IMG/VR virus record: IMGVR_UViG_3300037243_000006
Location: 1 to 27,281 of that record
DNA length: 27,281 nucleotides
Reading direction: 5' to 3' (one strand)
From: a virus
Taxonomy: Duplodnaviria > Caudoviricetes
Shown here: piece by piece, positions 1 to 7,914 of the stretch
Layout of the letters: each line of letters opens with the position of its first letter
How positions within the stretch are numbered: position 1 is the first letter of the stretch
Notes under the pieces: model-generated
Seen by the model: the letters and a program-made list of their open reading frames with translations, nothing else
Told to the model about the DNA's origin: nothing
Database searches by the model: none
Program-made: the position numbers and the translations under genes

Positions 1-416
1 GCGCTTAGGTTGGCAATAGGTACCGGGTTTGGCGCGGCGTTGCTGACGATGTCACGAAGAGTCTGGGCCACCGGGCGAAGCTGAACCAGCGTTCCAGCCG
101 GCCACGTCTGCGCGGTGGTGCCATCCACGCCGCGTGCGCAGATGAAGGAGTTCCCAGAGGTGCTGGTGACGTAGATGACTTCCCACATGGTGTTGGTGGA
201 GTTGCTGAGCGTGGCATAGAAGTACTGCCCGACACTTGGAGATGGGAAGCCAGAATTACTGGCAACGGCAAACGAGGTTTGTGCCGGAGTAATCGCGTTG
301 GCTAGGGTAGTTCCGGCATTGTTGGCAAAAAGCTGGTTGCTCTGCGCGCGTAGGACACACAATGGCAGCGCCATTAGTGCCAACGCAATGACGAAGCGTT
401 TGAAAAGTGTGTGCAT
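1..416 (-). CDS. Signal-peptide-bearing fibre-like virion protein, 3' truncated by the window edge (not in ORF track)
   Basis: Manual translation from ATG 416, with an AGGAG RBS upstream: MHTLFKRFVIALALMALPLCVLRAQSNQLFANNAGTTLANAIT...GFPSPSVGQYFYATL...EVIYVT...RGVDGTTAQTWPAG..., no stop before position 1. The FANNAxTTL...ExxxVT...RGxDGTTAxxW pattern is one I recall from phage fibre/baseplate-attached proteins. Confidence 0.75.
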   Translation of the reverse strand, partial: MHTLFKRFVIALALMALPLCVLRAQSNQLFANNAGTTLANAITPAQTSFAVASNSGFPSPSVGQYFYATLSNSTNTMWEVIYVTSTSGNSFICARGVDGTTAQTWPAGTLVQLRPVAQTLRDIVSNAAPNPVPIANLS

Positions 417-430
417 CGGTGTCTCCTGAT

Positions 431-730
431 TTAGCGCGTTGCGGGTGCGCGACGTTGCGGGGGCTTTGGCGGAGTAGCGCGGTAGACCGGAGCAGGCTGC
501 TCCTGCTGACCGGACGGCGAGAGCCCGGCCACGGTTTCCAGCCGTGTCATGCGCTGCTCCATCTGCACTTGCCAGCGCTGAAAATCACCACGAAGACCGC
601 TTGTAGCTTCAGACTGGTTCTGTACAGCTTGGATAATGACCTCGCCGCCAATTGCGACAAGCCCTGCAATAAAGGCCAACAAAGCTGGGGTCAGCCACTC
701 TTTCACTTGCTGTTTGTTTGGCGGGGCCAT
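431..730 (-). CDS. Small single-pass membrane protein, possible holin/lysis-associated protein
   Basis: ATG 730 after an AAGGAGG RBS. One hydrophobic segment (LTPALLAFIAGLVAIGGEVII) is followed by a coiled-coil-like stretch (RMTRLE). It lies downstream of the tail fibre. Function is inferred only. Confidence 0.55.
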   Translation of the reverse strand: MAPPNKQQVKEWLTPALLAFIAGLVAIGGEVIIQAVQNQSEATSGLRGDFQRWQVQMEQRMTRLETVAGLSPSGQQEQPAPVYRATPPKPPQRRAPATR

Positions 731-759
731 AGTGCCTCCTTTCATAGGTTGCTGGTGTG

Positions 760-930
760 TTAGGCTATGGCAAACACAACCGCGTCATACACGTTAACGG
801 TCTGCGTTGCTGTTGCTGTTGCTGTGGACGCTCGGACATCAATAACTGCGGCGCGGAACCCGCCAGCGGCCGGGGTGGAGCCCGGATCGACGTTGGCCCA
901 GGTCAGTCCGTTGTTTCTATATTCGAGCAT
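760..930 (-). CDS. 56-aa hypothetical protein (below ORF-track cutoff)
   Basis: An AGGAG RBS overlaps the fibre stop. ATG 930 to TAA 760 gives MLEYRNNGLTWANVDPGSTPAAGGFRAAVIDVRASTATATATQTVNVYDAVVFAIA, which fills the gap exactly. Confidence 0.55.
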   Translation of the reverse strand: MLEYRNNGLTWANVDPGSTPAAGGFRAAVIDVRASTATATATQTVNVYDAVVFAIA

Positions 931-938
931 TTTTACTC

Positions 939-2240
939 CTATCCCAGCACTTCAATCAGAGCATTCAAGATATTGGCGGATCCCACTGTGGTGGATGCCT
1001 GGACCGTCACATCCAGCGCGTTTGGAACAAGGGTTGACTCTCCAGATGTCACCTTGACCGACGAGTAGATATTACCGGCGGCTATACCTGCTGTGGAGCC
1101 AGAGGCGCACGCAGCTTCGCTAAGGATGGCGGTTCCGCTGCCACCTACGGACTGGCAGGTGATGAGCGCATCTAATCTAAGAACCCACGGAGCAACTGTG
1201 ACTGGCACCGTGATGGAAATGTTCCCCTGACCAGCCACCAGCACCGTGAACGTCAGGTTGCCCGCAGTCGTTACAGTGATGGAAAGATAGGCCGTGATTC
1301 TGACCGTCTTTCCGGGAACCCAGAAGTTGGCGGGAAGGGTGGCGGTGTTGAGCCAGCTCGTGAGGTTGCCCTGGATCGCCGAAAGGGTGTTTGCGCCAGT
1401 GAAGCTGAAGGAGATGGCATTTTTCAGGGTTGTCAGAACGCCCGACTTGTAGAGCGCCACTGGCGTCGCCGCCGCGCCTTCATTGGCTACCAGGGTCTGC
1501 TGAGTGCTGGAGATGGTGCTGGACGGCAGGGCGTCCAGCACCACCCAGTAGGTGCCGTTGTACTGGCAGGCCGCGATCAGCCCGGAGGTGATCACGGCGG
1601 GCACCAGGTTGCCGTTGAGGTCGTACTGCATAAGGCTCTTGGCTCCAAGGCCCGACACGTTCAGGGTGTTGCTGCCGGTGGTTCCAGCAGAGGTGAACAA
1701 CACCACGTAGCTAGCACCAAGTGCCAAGGCGGATAGCGCAGACGTGGGGGTGAGTACGTACGCCGGGGCGGTTCCGGTGGCGGTAAAGGTAGTGGCACTG
1801 TTGAATGCTGGTCCAGACCACCCCGCCCAGCCGGTCATGGCCGCGTTCGGGTCCTGGGTGTTGTTGGCCACCGTACTGACCACCGAGCCAAGCCCCGTGT
1901 TGAGTTGTAGCACCGTGCCTGCCGGGTAGCCACCTATCGCCGCTGCCAGCGTAGCGTTGAACTTGAATTGCCCGCCAGCGTTTACCCACGCCTGAAATGC
2001 CGTGAGATAGTTGAAGATGCCGTTCACGTCGCCGCCATTAGGGCCGGTGCCGCCAGCATTGGGGTTTGTCATCTCGATGATTGGGAAGCCGTCTGCAAGT
2101 GACGCTCCAGACGGAGAGTTGGACGGTGATACGAGCACGCCGCCGCTTATCGTGCCGAGAGTATTCAGCGTTCCTTGCGCCGCGCCGCCACCAGAGGCCC
2201 AAGCCTGGTAGATCAAGGTAGGATAGCTGAGTGCAACCAT
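939..2240 (-). CDS. Tail fibre protein
   Basis: N-terminal baseplate-anchor motifs ASLADGFP...GG..PNGGDVNGIF...NAGG.F.F...AAAIGGYPAG. Internal TLNVSGLGAK...YNGTYW fibre module. Located right after the baseplate wedge genes. Confidence 0.85.
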   Translation of the reverse strand: MVALSYPTLIYQAWASGGGAAQGTLNTLGTISGGVLVSPSNSPSGASLADGFPIIEMTNPNAGGTGPNGGDVNGIFNYLTAFQAWVNAGGQFKFNATLAAAIGGYPAGTVLQLNTGLGSVVSTVANNTQDPNAAMTGWAGWSGPAFNSATTFTATGTAPAYVLTPTSALSALALGASYVVLFTSAGTTGSNTLNVSGLGAKSLMQYDLNGNLVPAVITSGLIAACQYNGTYWVVLDALPSSTISSTQQTLVANEGAAATPVALYKSGVLTTLKNAISFSFTGANTLSAIQGNLTSWLNTATLPANFWVPGKTVRITAYLSITVTTAGNLTFTVLVAGQGNISITVPVTVAPWVLRLDALITCQSVGGSGTAILSEAACASGSTAGIAAGNIYSSVKVTSGESTLVPNALDVTVQASTTVGSANILNALIEVLG

Positions 2241-2249
2241 GTTGTCTCC

Positions 2250-3353
2250 TTATACAGTGATGGCGGCGTAATTGCCGTTTACAAAGGGTGTGGTGGAAGC
2301 GTACGTGCCACCGTTGCCAAACGGCGTGCCGAATCCTGACTCAGCGAATGAGAAAACTGCGCCCTTGGCGTAGCTTCGATAACAGTAGATCAACACTCCG
2401 GCGGGGCGCGGCAACACTCCGGCGTTGATGATCAGGTAGTAGTCAAACACACTGATGTTGGTGAACGTTAGCTGCATGGCCATGTTGCCGAGTTCGCTGG
2501 TGTAGCATGAATACGCCCCGAAGAGGTTGCACACAAGCTGGTTATACGCTTGTGCAGAGCAATTGGAGATGTTGGCGAGCGCCTTCACAAGGATCAGCGA
2601 ACGATAGACATCATCGCTAAGACGATAGACGGTGTTCGCCGCAGCACCGCCATAGAATGGCGCAGACCCGCCAGGGGCGAAGGGTGTGTTGACGCCGGTT
2701 TCTGCGAAGTAAAAAATACTCTGAGCTACGATCGCAGAAAGCGGCATGTTGACGTTGCGCTTGACGCCCACGATACGCCCCCAGATATCCAGCCCGTAGC
2801 CGGTGGCAGAGTTGATGTTCCATATCTGGTTGTAGAAGTTGAAAAGATTTGCCGACGCATCAACGTACGCGTTCATGTTGTTGATCAGCGTAAGAAGGAT
2901 GGGGGAGTTTGCGTACTGGCTGATAATTGTTTCTTCGCAATTCAGTGTCCACGGCGCGGCGAGCATATTCTCAGACGCTACTGAAATGCTTCCGGAAAGC
3001 GAAGAGACTACGCCGTTCACACACTGAACTAGCGCGTACGCTCCTACGCCACCTATCACCGCGCCAGATAGCTGCGTCGAAACAAAAACGTTGGCGGGGA
3101 CATCGGCACCGCCAAGCATGGACCCAAGCTGCGTCATGGATGGCGTAAGGGATAGCACTTCAACAGAACCGCCCGCACCAAACTCCGAGGACCCGAACGA
3201 CGAAGACCCCAGTGTGCCAATAGCCATGTTGGTTTCTACGGAAAGATACGGCGAAGTATTTAGCAAGCCGCCACTGATGGATGTGACAATCAGCGTGCCG
3301 CCGCTAATGGAGGCTACGAGCGAAATGTACGGGTAGCTGTCGTTGACTATCAT
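2250..3353 (-). CDS. Baseplate wedge protein (DUF2612-like) with N-terminal extension
   Basis: ATG 3353 overlaps the baseplate J stop (ATGA). Core motifs TIISQYANSP...WNINSATGYGLDIWGRIVGV...LSDDVYRSLILVKALANI...LPRPAGV. The track start at 3740 is a spurious extension inside the J gene. Confidence 0.85.
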   Translation of the reverse strand: MIVNDSYPYISLVASISGGTLIVTSISGGLLNTSPYLSVETNMAIGTLGSSSFGSSEFGAGGSVEVLSLTPSMTQLGSMLGGADVPANVFVSTQLSGAVIGGVGAYALVQCVNGVVSSLSGSISVASENMLAAPWTLNCEETIISQYANSPILLTLINNMNAYVDASANLFNFYNQIWNINSATGYGLDIWGRIVGVKRNVNMPLSAIVAQSIFYFAETGVNTPFAPGGSAPFYGGAAANTVYRLSDDVYRSLILVKALANISNCSAQAYNQLVCNLFGAYSCYTSELGNMAMQLTFTNISVFDYYLIINAGVLPRPAGVLIYCYRSYAKGAVFSFAESGFGTPFGNGGTYASTTPFVNGNYAAITV

Positions 3354-4948
3354 ACGAGCACCAAAGTTATTGTGCCGAGACTCGGGATCTGGTTGATGTT
3401 CGTCGCAACCTGCGTAGCTGACGGCGTGCCAGTACCGATAAGCACGCTGATGATGGACGCACCAGGAATCACCTGTGCAACGGTGGTGTAGAAACGTGAT
3501 GCGTACACCGTGGCCCCTATCTGCGCTACCGGCGATCCACCATCGGCGCCCGTGAACGCTAGCGCCAATCCGGACGACGCTTGCAATAGCGCCAGGGAGT
3601 TGCTCGGTGGATACGAGGCTGCGGCAAGCGTTACCTGAACGTTTATCGGCACCGCCACTGGCTGTGTGTAGCTCACGTAGTACGTTGGCTGCGGAGAAGG
3701 GAATGTTGTGTCGTAGGTCGTTACCGTCGTGGCCGACCACACGGTGATCCCGCTGAGCGTGCCAGGCGTAGCGCTGAGCGTCCAGGAAGTTCCAGCCCCG
3801 CCGATGATGGTGACCGGAGCACCGGCGTTGAAATACGGCAAACTAGATGGAGCGGAAAGGAGCGTCTGGCCAATGGCGAGCGCTCCAGAGGACACGGACG
3901 TCACGGTAAGCGTAACGCCGGAGACGCTTCCTACGAAAATAGCGCTTGGCGCGTAGGAACAGCCGAGAGATTTTTTGATCCAGATAGCCTGGGAAATGAG
4001 CGCAGCGCTGCCGCCGTACGCCGAGACGTAGATCGAGTTGCCGGGAACAGTGATGCCGCCCTGCGTGACGGCGACGTTGCTGGAGTTGTCAAAGACGTAC
4101 ACCGAAGAGGGCGGATTTGTCACGCCATAGAGGGACGCGGACCCCGTTCCGGAACCTTCCCCAGTAGCGGTGAAAAGCGTCCCCACGGCGGCGCTCGAAG
4201 CCCCGATGTCGCTCCAGACCGTAGTGCCGAGCGACACGATCTGGTACTGGTTGCCTGCCACAAAACTTCCAGCAGGAACAATGTACTGGCCCTGCAAAAT
4301 GGCGCCGCGAATAGCTTGCGCCGTGTTGGTGGAGTTTGCCGCTACGGATGCCGCGCGGCGAAGCTCGAATTGTTGCGCGTTCTCGGTGTTGTTCCCCAGC
4401 GTGGCCTGCACGGAACTCGCTATGGCGTCCCATCCAGGAGTGACTTGGTAGATCGTCATCGGCCCAACGTAGGCGGTAGGCCCGGGAGCCATGTTTACAA
4501 GAAGGAGCGGCGTGGACCCAGACGTGAGCGTGACGGCAGAAAGAAGCTGGTACAGACTTCCGGCCGCGTCCACCGCCACCGCGATACCGCTACCTATCAC
4601 GGTGCCTACGATGCCCGTGGCGTAGCCAGTCACCGTAGTTCCAGTTGCCGCAAGCCTCTGCATGTACCAGATGTTTCCAATGGCGTCCTGCATCAAACCT
4701 TGCGCGTACTGCGGGTCAACCTGTGAGCAGACATTGAGCACGGCCGAGTAGCAGTCAGCTATGCAAGCTGCCATGGACGTGGCCAACTGCCCTTGCGGAG
4801 TTGACAGCGATGACGTGTTGTTTAGCGAAAGATTTAGCGTGCCGCCGAAAGCTGCCTGGAGATCCATGATCACGCCGGCAAGAATATCTTGTTCGGTGGG
4901 CATAGTGTACCCTGTGGCGGTGAGAGTTGGTGTCGGGACGTTAGTCAT
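3350..4948 (-). CDS. Baseplate J/gp47-like wedge protein with two inserted modules
   Basis: Motifs TPQGQLA, DPQYAQGLMQDAIG, ENAQQFELRR..SVAAN and IWIKKSLGC, plus position in the baseplate cluster. Confidence 0.9.
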   Translation of the reverse strand: MTNVPTPTLTATGYTMPTEQDILAGVIMDLQAAFGGTLNLSLNNTSSLSTPQGQLATSMAACIADCYSAVLNVCSQVDPQYAQGLMQDAIGNIWYMQRLAATGTTVTGYATGIVGTVIGSGIAVAVDAAGSLYQLLSAVTLTSGSTPLLLVNMAPGPTAYVGPMTIYQVTPGWDAIASSVQATLGNNTENAQQFELRRAASVAANSTNTAQAIRGAILQGQYIVPAGSFVAGNQYQIVSLGTTVWSDIGASSAAVGTLFTATGEGSGTGSASLYGVTNPPSSVYVFDNSSNVAVTQGGITVPGNSIYVSAYGGSAALISQAIWIKKSLGCSYAPSAIFVGSVSGVTLTVTSVSSGALAIGQTLLSAPSSLPYFNAGAPVTIIGGAGTSWTLSATPGTLSGITVWSATTVTTYDTTFPSPQPTYYVSYTQPVAVPINVQVTLAAASYPPSNSLALLQASSGLALAFTGADGGSPVAQIGATVYASRFYTTVAQVIPGASIISVLIGTGTPSATQVATNINQIPSLGTITLVLV

Positions 4949-5376
4949 AGCGTTACTCCAGAGGCTTCACCGTTGACATCCAAAATTTCCACCGTGCCCG
5001 CGATGTCCCGCGACGGTTTGCCATTTGCATCCAGGTTAGACACAGATGCCACAGCTTCAACAACGTTAGGCACTGTGAGCGCGGCTTGCTGCATCAAGGA
5101 GTTGATGATTGCGGCATTGTACTGCTGCGAAAATACTTGCCCAAAGTACGGAACGCCGAGCGTCGTGTCGTAGTACAGCTCTCCCTGAAACAACTTGATA
5201 GCGGACGCCACATCCTGTGCAACGGCCAGCCCCTGGGTGTTCAAGGCGATGTCCTGATTCTGCAAAGTTGGTTGGAGCACGGAAAGGGACGCCGCCGTGG
5301 GGGCGGTGGTAAGATCCCATCCGTCGGAGTCCGGCGATAGCGCGAGCGTGGAAATATAGGTCGTCATTGTCATCAC
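4945..5376 (-). CDS. Baseplate gp25/W-like sheath initiator
   Basis: Motif WDL...AQDVASAIKLFQGELYYDTTLGVPY. Lies between spike and J with ATGA overlaps. Confidence 0.8.
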   Translation of the reverse strand: MMTMTTYISTLALSPDSDGWDLTTAPTAASLSVLQPTLQNQDIALNTQGLAVAQDVASAIKLFQGELYYDTTLGVPYFGQVFSQQYNAAIINSLMQQAALTVPNVVEAVASVSNLDANGKPSRDIAGTVEILDVNGEASGVTL

Positions 5377-6152
5377 CCCGTAGGACCGTTAGACGTGACC
5401 GTGCTGCCGCCAGTTTGAACGCCGGTAACTTGGTGTGCATGGTTGTCGAGCGTATGGCCGTTGGAGGTTATCTGCGCGGTAGACACGATGGGCGTACTGA
5501 CGGTGATCTGCCCGCTACCTCCGCCAGTTACCGCGCCCTCAAGCTCGGTACCGCCAACCACGACCAAGTTCTCGTCCACCTGTGAGTTTCCTGTGACGGT
5601 GGAGTTTCCGTTTACGACCAAGTTGGTGTTGACGGTGAACGCAGAGGGCGTGAGCACGGCCGACACACCGCCCAGAACTATGCTGATGGCTGCCGGCGTT
5701 ACCTGGACGTAGTTAGTCGGAGCGGTTCCGAGATTCCACCCACCAAAATAGAGCGCATCGGCGAAATTGAACCTGCGCGCCGACGCCGGAGCCCCGGCTG
5801 CACCAGTGGACTTGATGGAAGAGATGTCACGATCTGCGAAGAGCGCAAACCCAATATCGTTAACCACGGGATCGATGATAAGCGCGTTAGCGCCGCCTTG
5901 GACACGAAGATACGGCACGCCGAAAATAGTAGTAGCCGGCCATACGGCCCCAGAACCATCAACCTGCCCAAGAAGCGGAAGCACGTCCACTGTGCCCACA
6001 GCCGAAGTGCCGCCGCCGTGGACAGCAACTACTTGCACCAGCGTTGCCACATTGAGCTTGGCGAGCGCGCGCTTAACCGCGAAGTCAAGCTGGTTCTTGC
6101 TAGTGTTGCCACTAGCAAGTTCCTGCTGGGGAATGACCGGGCGATCTGCCAT
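5373..6152 (-). CDS. Baseplate central spike (gpV/gp138-like)
   Basis: N-terminal VDVLPL...VPY.R.QGG...DP...D.G...FADRDIS...RRFNFADALY, then beta-helix-like repeats and a C-terminal HAH metal-binding tip motif (HAHQVTGVQTGG). Start at 6152 by TGATG overlap. Confidence 0.88.
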   Translation of the reverse strand: MADRPVIPQQELASGNTSKNQLDFAVKRALAKLNVATLVQVVAVHGGGTSAVGTVDVLPLLGQVDGSGAVWPATTIFGVPYLRVQGGANALIIDPVVNDIGFALFADRDISSIKSTGAAGAPASARRFNFADALYFGGWNLGTAPTNYVQVTPAAISIVLGGVSAVLTPSAFTVNTNLVVNGNSTVTGNSQVDENLVVVGGTELEGAVTGGGSGQITVSTPIVSTAQITSNGHTLDNHAHQVTGVQTGGSTVTSNGPTG

Positions 6153-7015
6153 CACGCACCTATCCAACTAGCGCTGAATTTCGTTTCCCACTTCCCATTT
6201 TGCTTCTCGCACTCCAGTTCGTGCTCAAGCCCGTGTACGCGCCACTTTCCGCACGCGGCCTGGATAGAGCTTTGCACAATCACCAGCCCTCCGAGCTTGA
6301 TGGATGGATTGTACAGGCACTCCACCTTGATGCCCTTTTTGTCGAAAGTAGGGTAGCTCTTCATTCCGGTTGTGGCCGAGATCACCGGGACGTCGCCCGA
6401 TCTAGCTGCACCGCGAGGAGCTATGAACATGACGCCGTTGTCCACGCCGAATTCAAGGTCCGCCGCATCGGCAAGATCCGCTGCTTGGTCGTACGCGCTT
6501 CCTTGAAGATATGGGCTGTGGACGCTCGCAGTGACGCCGTTGTTTTCGAAGGTGCAGCCCATCTGCCCAGACAAGCTTTGCATGAGCGTGGCCACAGACT
6601 GTCCGCCCTTGGAACTCTGCGGAGCGGCAGGGGCTACTCCGTGGTAGAACCCCTCCATGCTCTTGATCTCGAACATCAGTTCCGGTGCGCTCTTGTAGTC
6701 CGCACAGGCTTCTGTTATCTCACCCTGAAACGCCAAACTTGTTCCGTTGGTGTCCCCGGCAAAAATCTGTAGTTGGTTCTTGGAAACTTGCAGGGCCTTG
6801 AACGAAAGCATGGTGAGCTTGTTCATGTCAGCGCCAAGCATTCCGTAGATCTTGGCCGTGGCCTCGTTCTTAGACGGGTGTCCGCCCTTTTTGATGGTGA
6901 CGGCGATCCGAAGTCCACTCAGCACCTTGACGTTATTTTTTCCGTCGAAAGTACCGCTAGCGAGCTTGATCGTTGCCTGGATTACTTTTTTGGTGTATGA
7001 CAGCGGAGAGGCCAT
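6152..7015 (-). CDS. Baseplate hub protein
   Basis: Motifs GLRIAV.I...A..KIYG, FQGEI..A..DY, FENNGV and ISA.TGM..YP. Directly upstream of the spike. Confidence 0.8.
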   Translation of the reverse strand: MASPLSYTKKVIQATIKLASGTFDGKNNVKVLSGLRIAVTIKKGGHPSKNEATAKIYGMLGADMNKLTMLSFKALQVSKNQLQIFAGDTNGTSLAFQGEITEACADYKSAPELMFEIKSMEGFYHGVAPAAPQSSKGGQSVATLMQSLSGQMGCTFENNGVTASVHSPYLQGSAYDQAADLADAADLEFGVDNGVMFIAPRGAARSGDVPVISATTGMKSYPTFDKKGIKVECLYNPSIKLGGLVIVQSSIQAACGKWRVHGLEHELECEKQNGKWETKFSASWIGA

Positions 7016-7018
7016 GGG

Positions 7019-7318
7019 TCACTTCATGTAGATGGAAATGTCACAATTCTGTGTTCCGAGCGTGACGCTCAACTGCTGTGAGGGGATGTCCTGGAGAGGA
7101 ATGATCACGTTGGCGTTGCCGGAAGAAGCGTAGATCAGCACGTAGCGAGAGTCCAGGCCAGGACAAATGGGGTCTGTGTTGCCCTGCGTATCCACAAAGC
7201 CAATCTGCCCCACGAACCCAAGATAAGGGTAGTTGCCGATTGGTTTGTTGTTCAAGCACACCATGCCGGTGTATAGCACAGTGCCATTTACGGCGAGGTC
7301 ACAATAGATCATTGTCAT
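7019..7318 (-). CDS. Small baseplate (plug-type) protein, apparently circularly permuted
   Basis: Motifs YLGFVG...FVDTQG..DP...GL.SRYVLIY and IIPLQ..PSQ.LSVTLG.QNC.ISIY. Lies between the tube initiator and the hub. Confidence 0.75.
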   Translation of the reverse strand: MTMIYCDLAVNGTVLYTGMVCLNNKPIGNYPYLGFVGQIGFVDTQGNTDPICPGLDSRYVLIYASSGNANVIIPLQDIPSQQLSVTLGTQNCDISIYMK

Positions 7319-7914
7319 ATGCCACGCACCGAGTTAGAAGAGTTGCCGTAAGCTTGTGTGCCGTTGAGTTTCTGCTGTGTGGTCTGTGAACTGTACGCCT
7401 GCTTCGCGCCCACGTTCTCATTGCCACTAGCGCTGGTAAGCACCAGTCCAGTGGCGAAAGGCGTAGAGCTTTTTTTCTTTTTTGGCGAAGATATTTTCTT
7501 GTACGAGGGGGACACTTGCCGAATCTGGACGAACTCCAGATCCACTACGAGCATGTTAGCTCCCTTGGACTGCGCACGTGGGTAGCTGAATTTTTCGAGC
7601 GTCATGCTTGCGTAAATTGCTTCCGGCGTGTAGATGCTATAGAGGTTTGCCGCCGCCACTTCGGTTTCAAGTACGACGATGAGCGCCGCCATGCCCGACT
7701 GCCCGCCCACCGCAAGACGAATCTTGGCTTTGGATGGCTCAAGAACTTTGTTGTAGCTTGTGAACGCTCCAAGCTCCACAGGAAAATCGCTGACCTTGGA
7801 ATCGTGGTTGTACTTCAGGTCAAGAAAAGTGTCAACTGCGAACACCGCATTGCCAGACGCAGTGTAGACGCCCCACGTATTTACCGGAGAAGTGAAAGAA
7901 GTAGCGGCGGCCAT
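7315..7914 (-). CDS. Tail tube initiator / Dit-like baseplate protein
   Basis: Motif WGVY...VSDFPVE.GAF.SYNKV..P. Immediately follows the tape measure gene. Confidence 0.75.
   Translation of the reverse strand: MAAATSFTSPVNTWGVYTASGNAVFAVDTFLDLKYNHDSKVSDFPVELGAFTSYNKVLEPSKAKIRLAVGGQSGMAALIVVLETEVAAANLYSIYTPEAIYASMTLEKFSYPRAQSKGANMLVVDLEFVQIRQVSPSYKKISSPKKKKSSTPFATGLVLTSASGNENVGAKQAYSSQTTQQKLNGTQAYGNSSNSVRGI

Noticed and set aside
120-150. Suspected frameshift in the leftmost fibre-like gene
   Set aside because: Careful re-reading gives ATC TGC GCA CGC GGC GTG GAT GGC, which is continuous and in frame.
806-823. (GTTGCT)3 microsatellite as a phase-variation tract
   Set aside because: Only three units, and a 6-bp unit preserves frame. 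It simply encodes a Thr-Ala run.
939-2240. Diversity-generating retroelement or invertible tail-fibre cassette
   Set aside because: No reverse transcriptase, invertase, template/variable repeat pair or inverted repeats are visible in this window.
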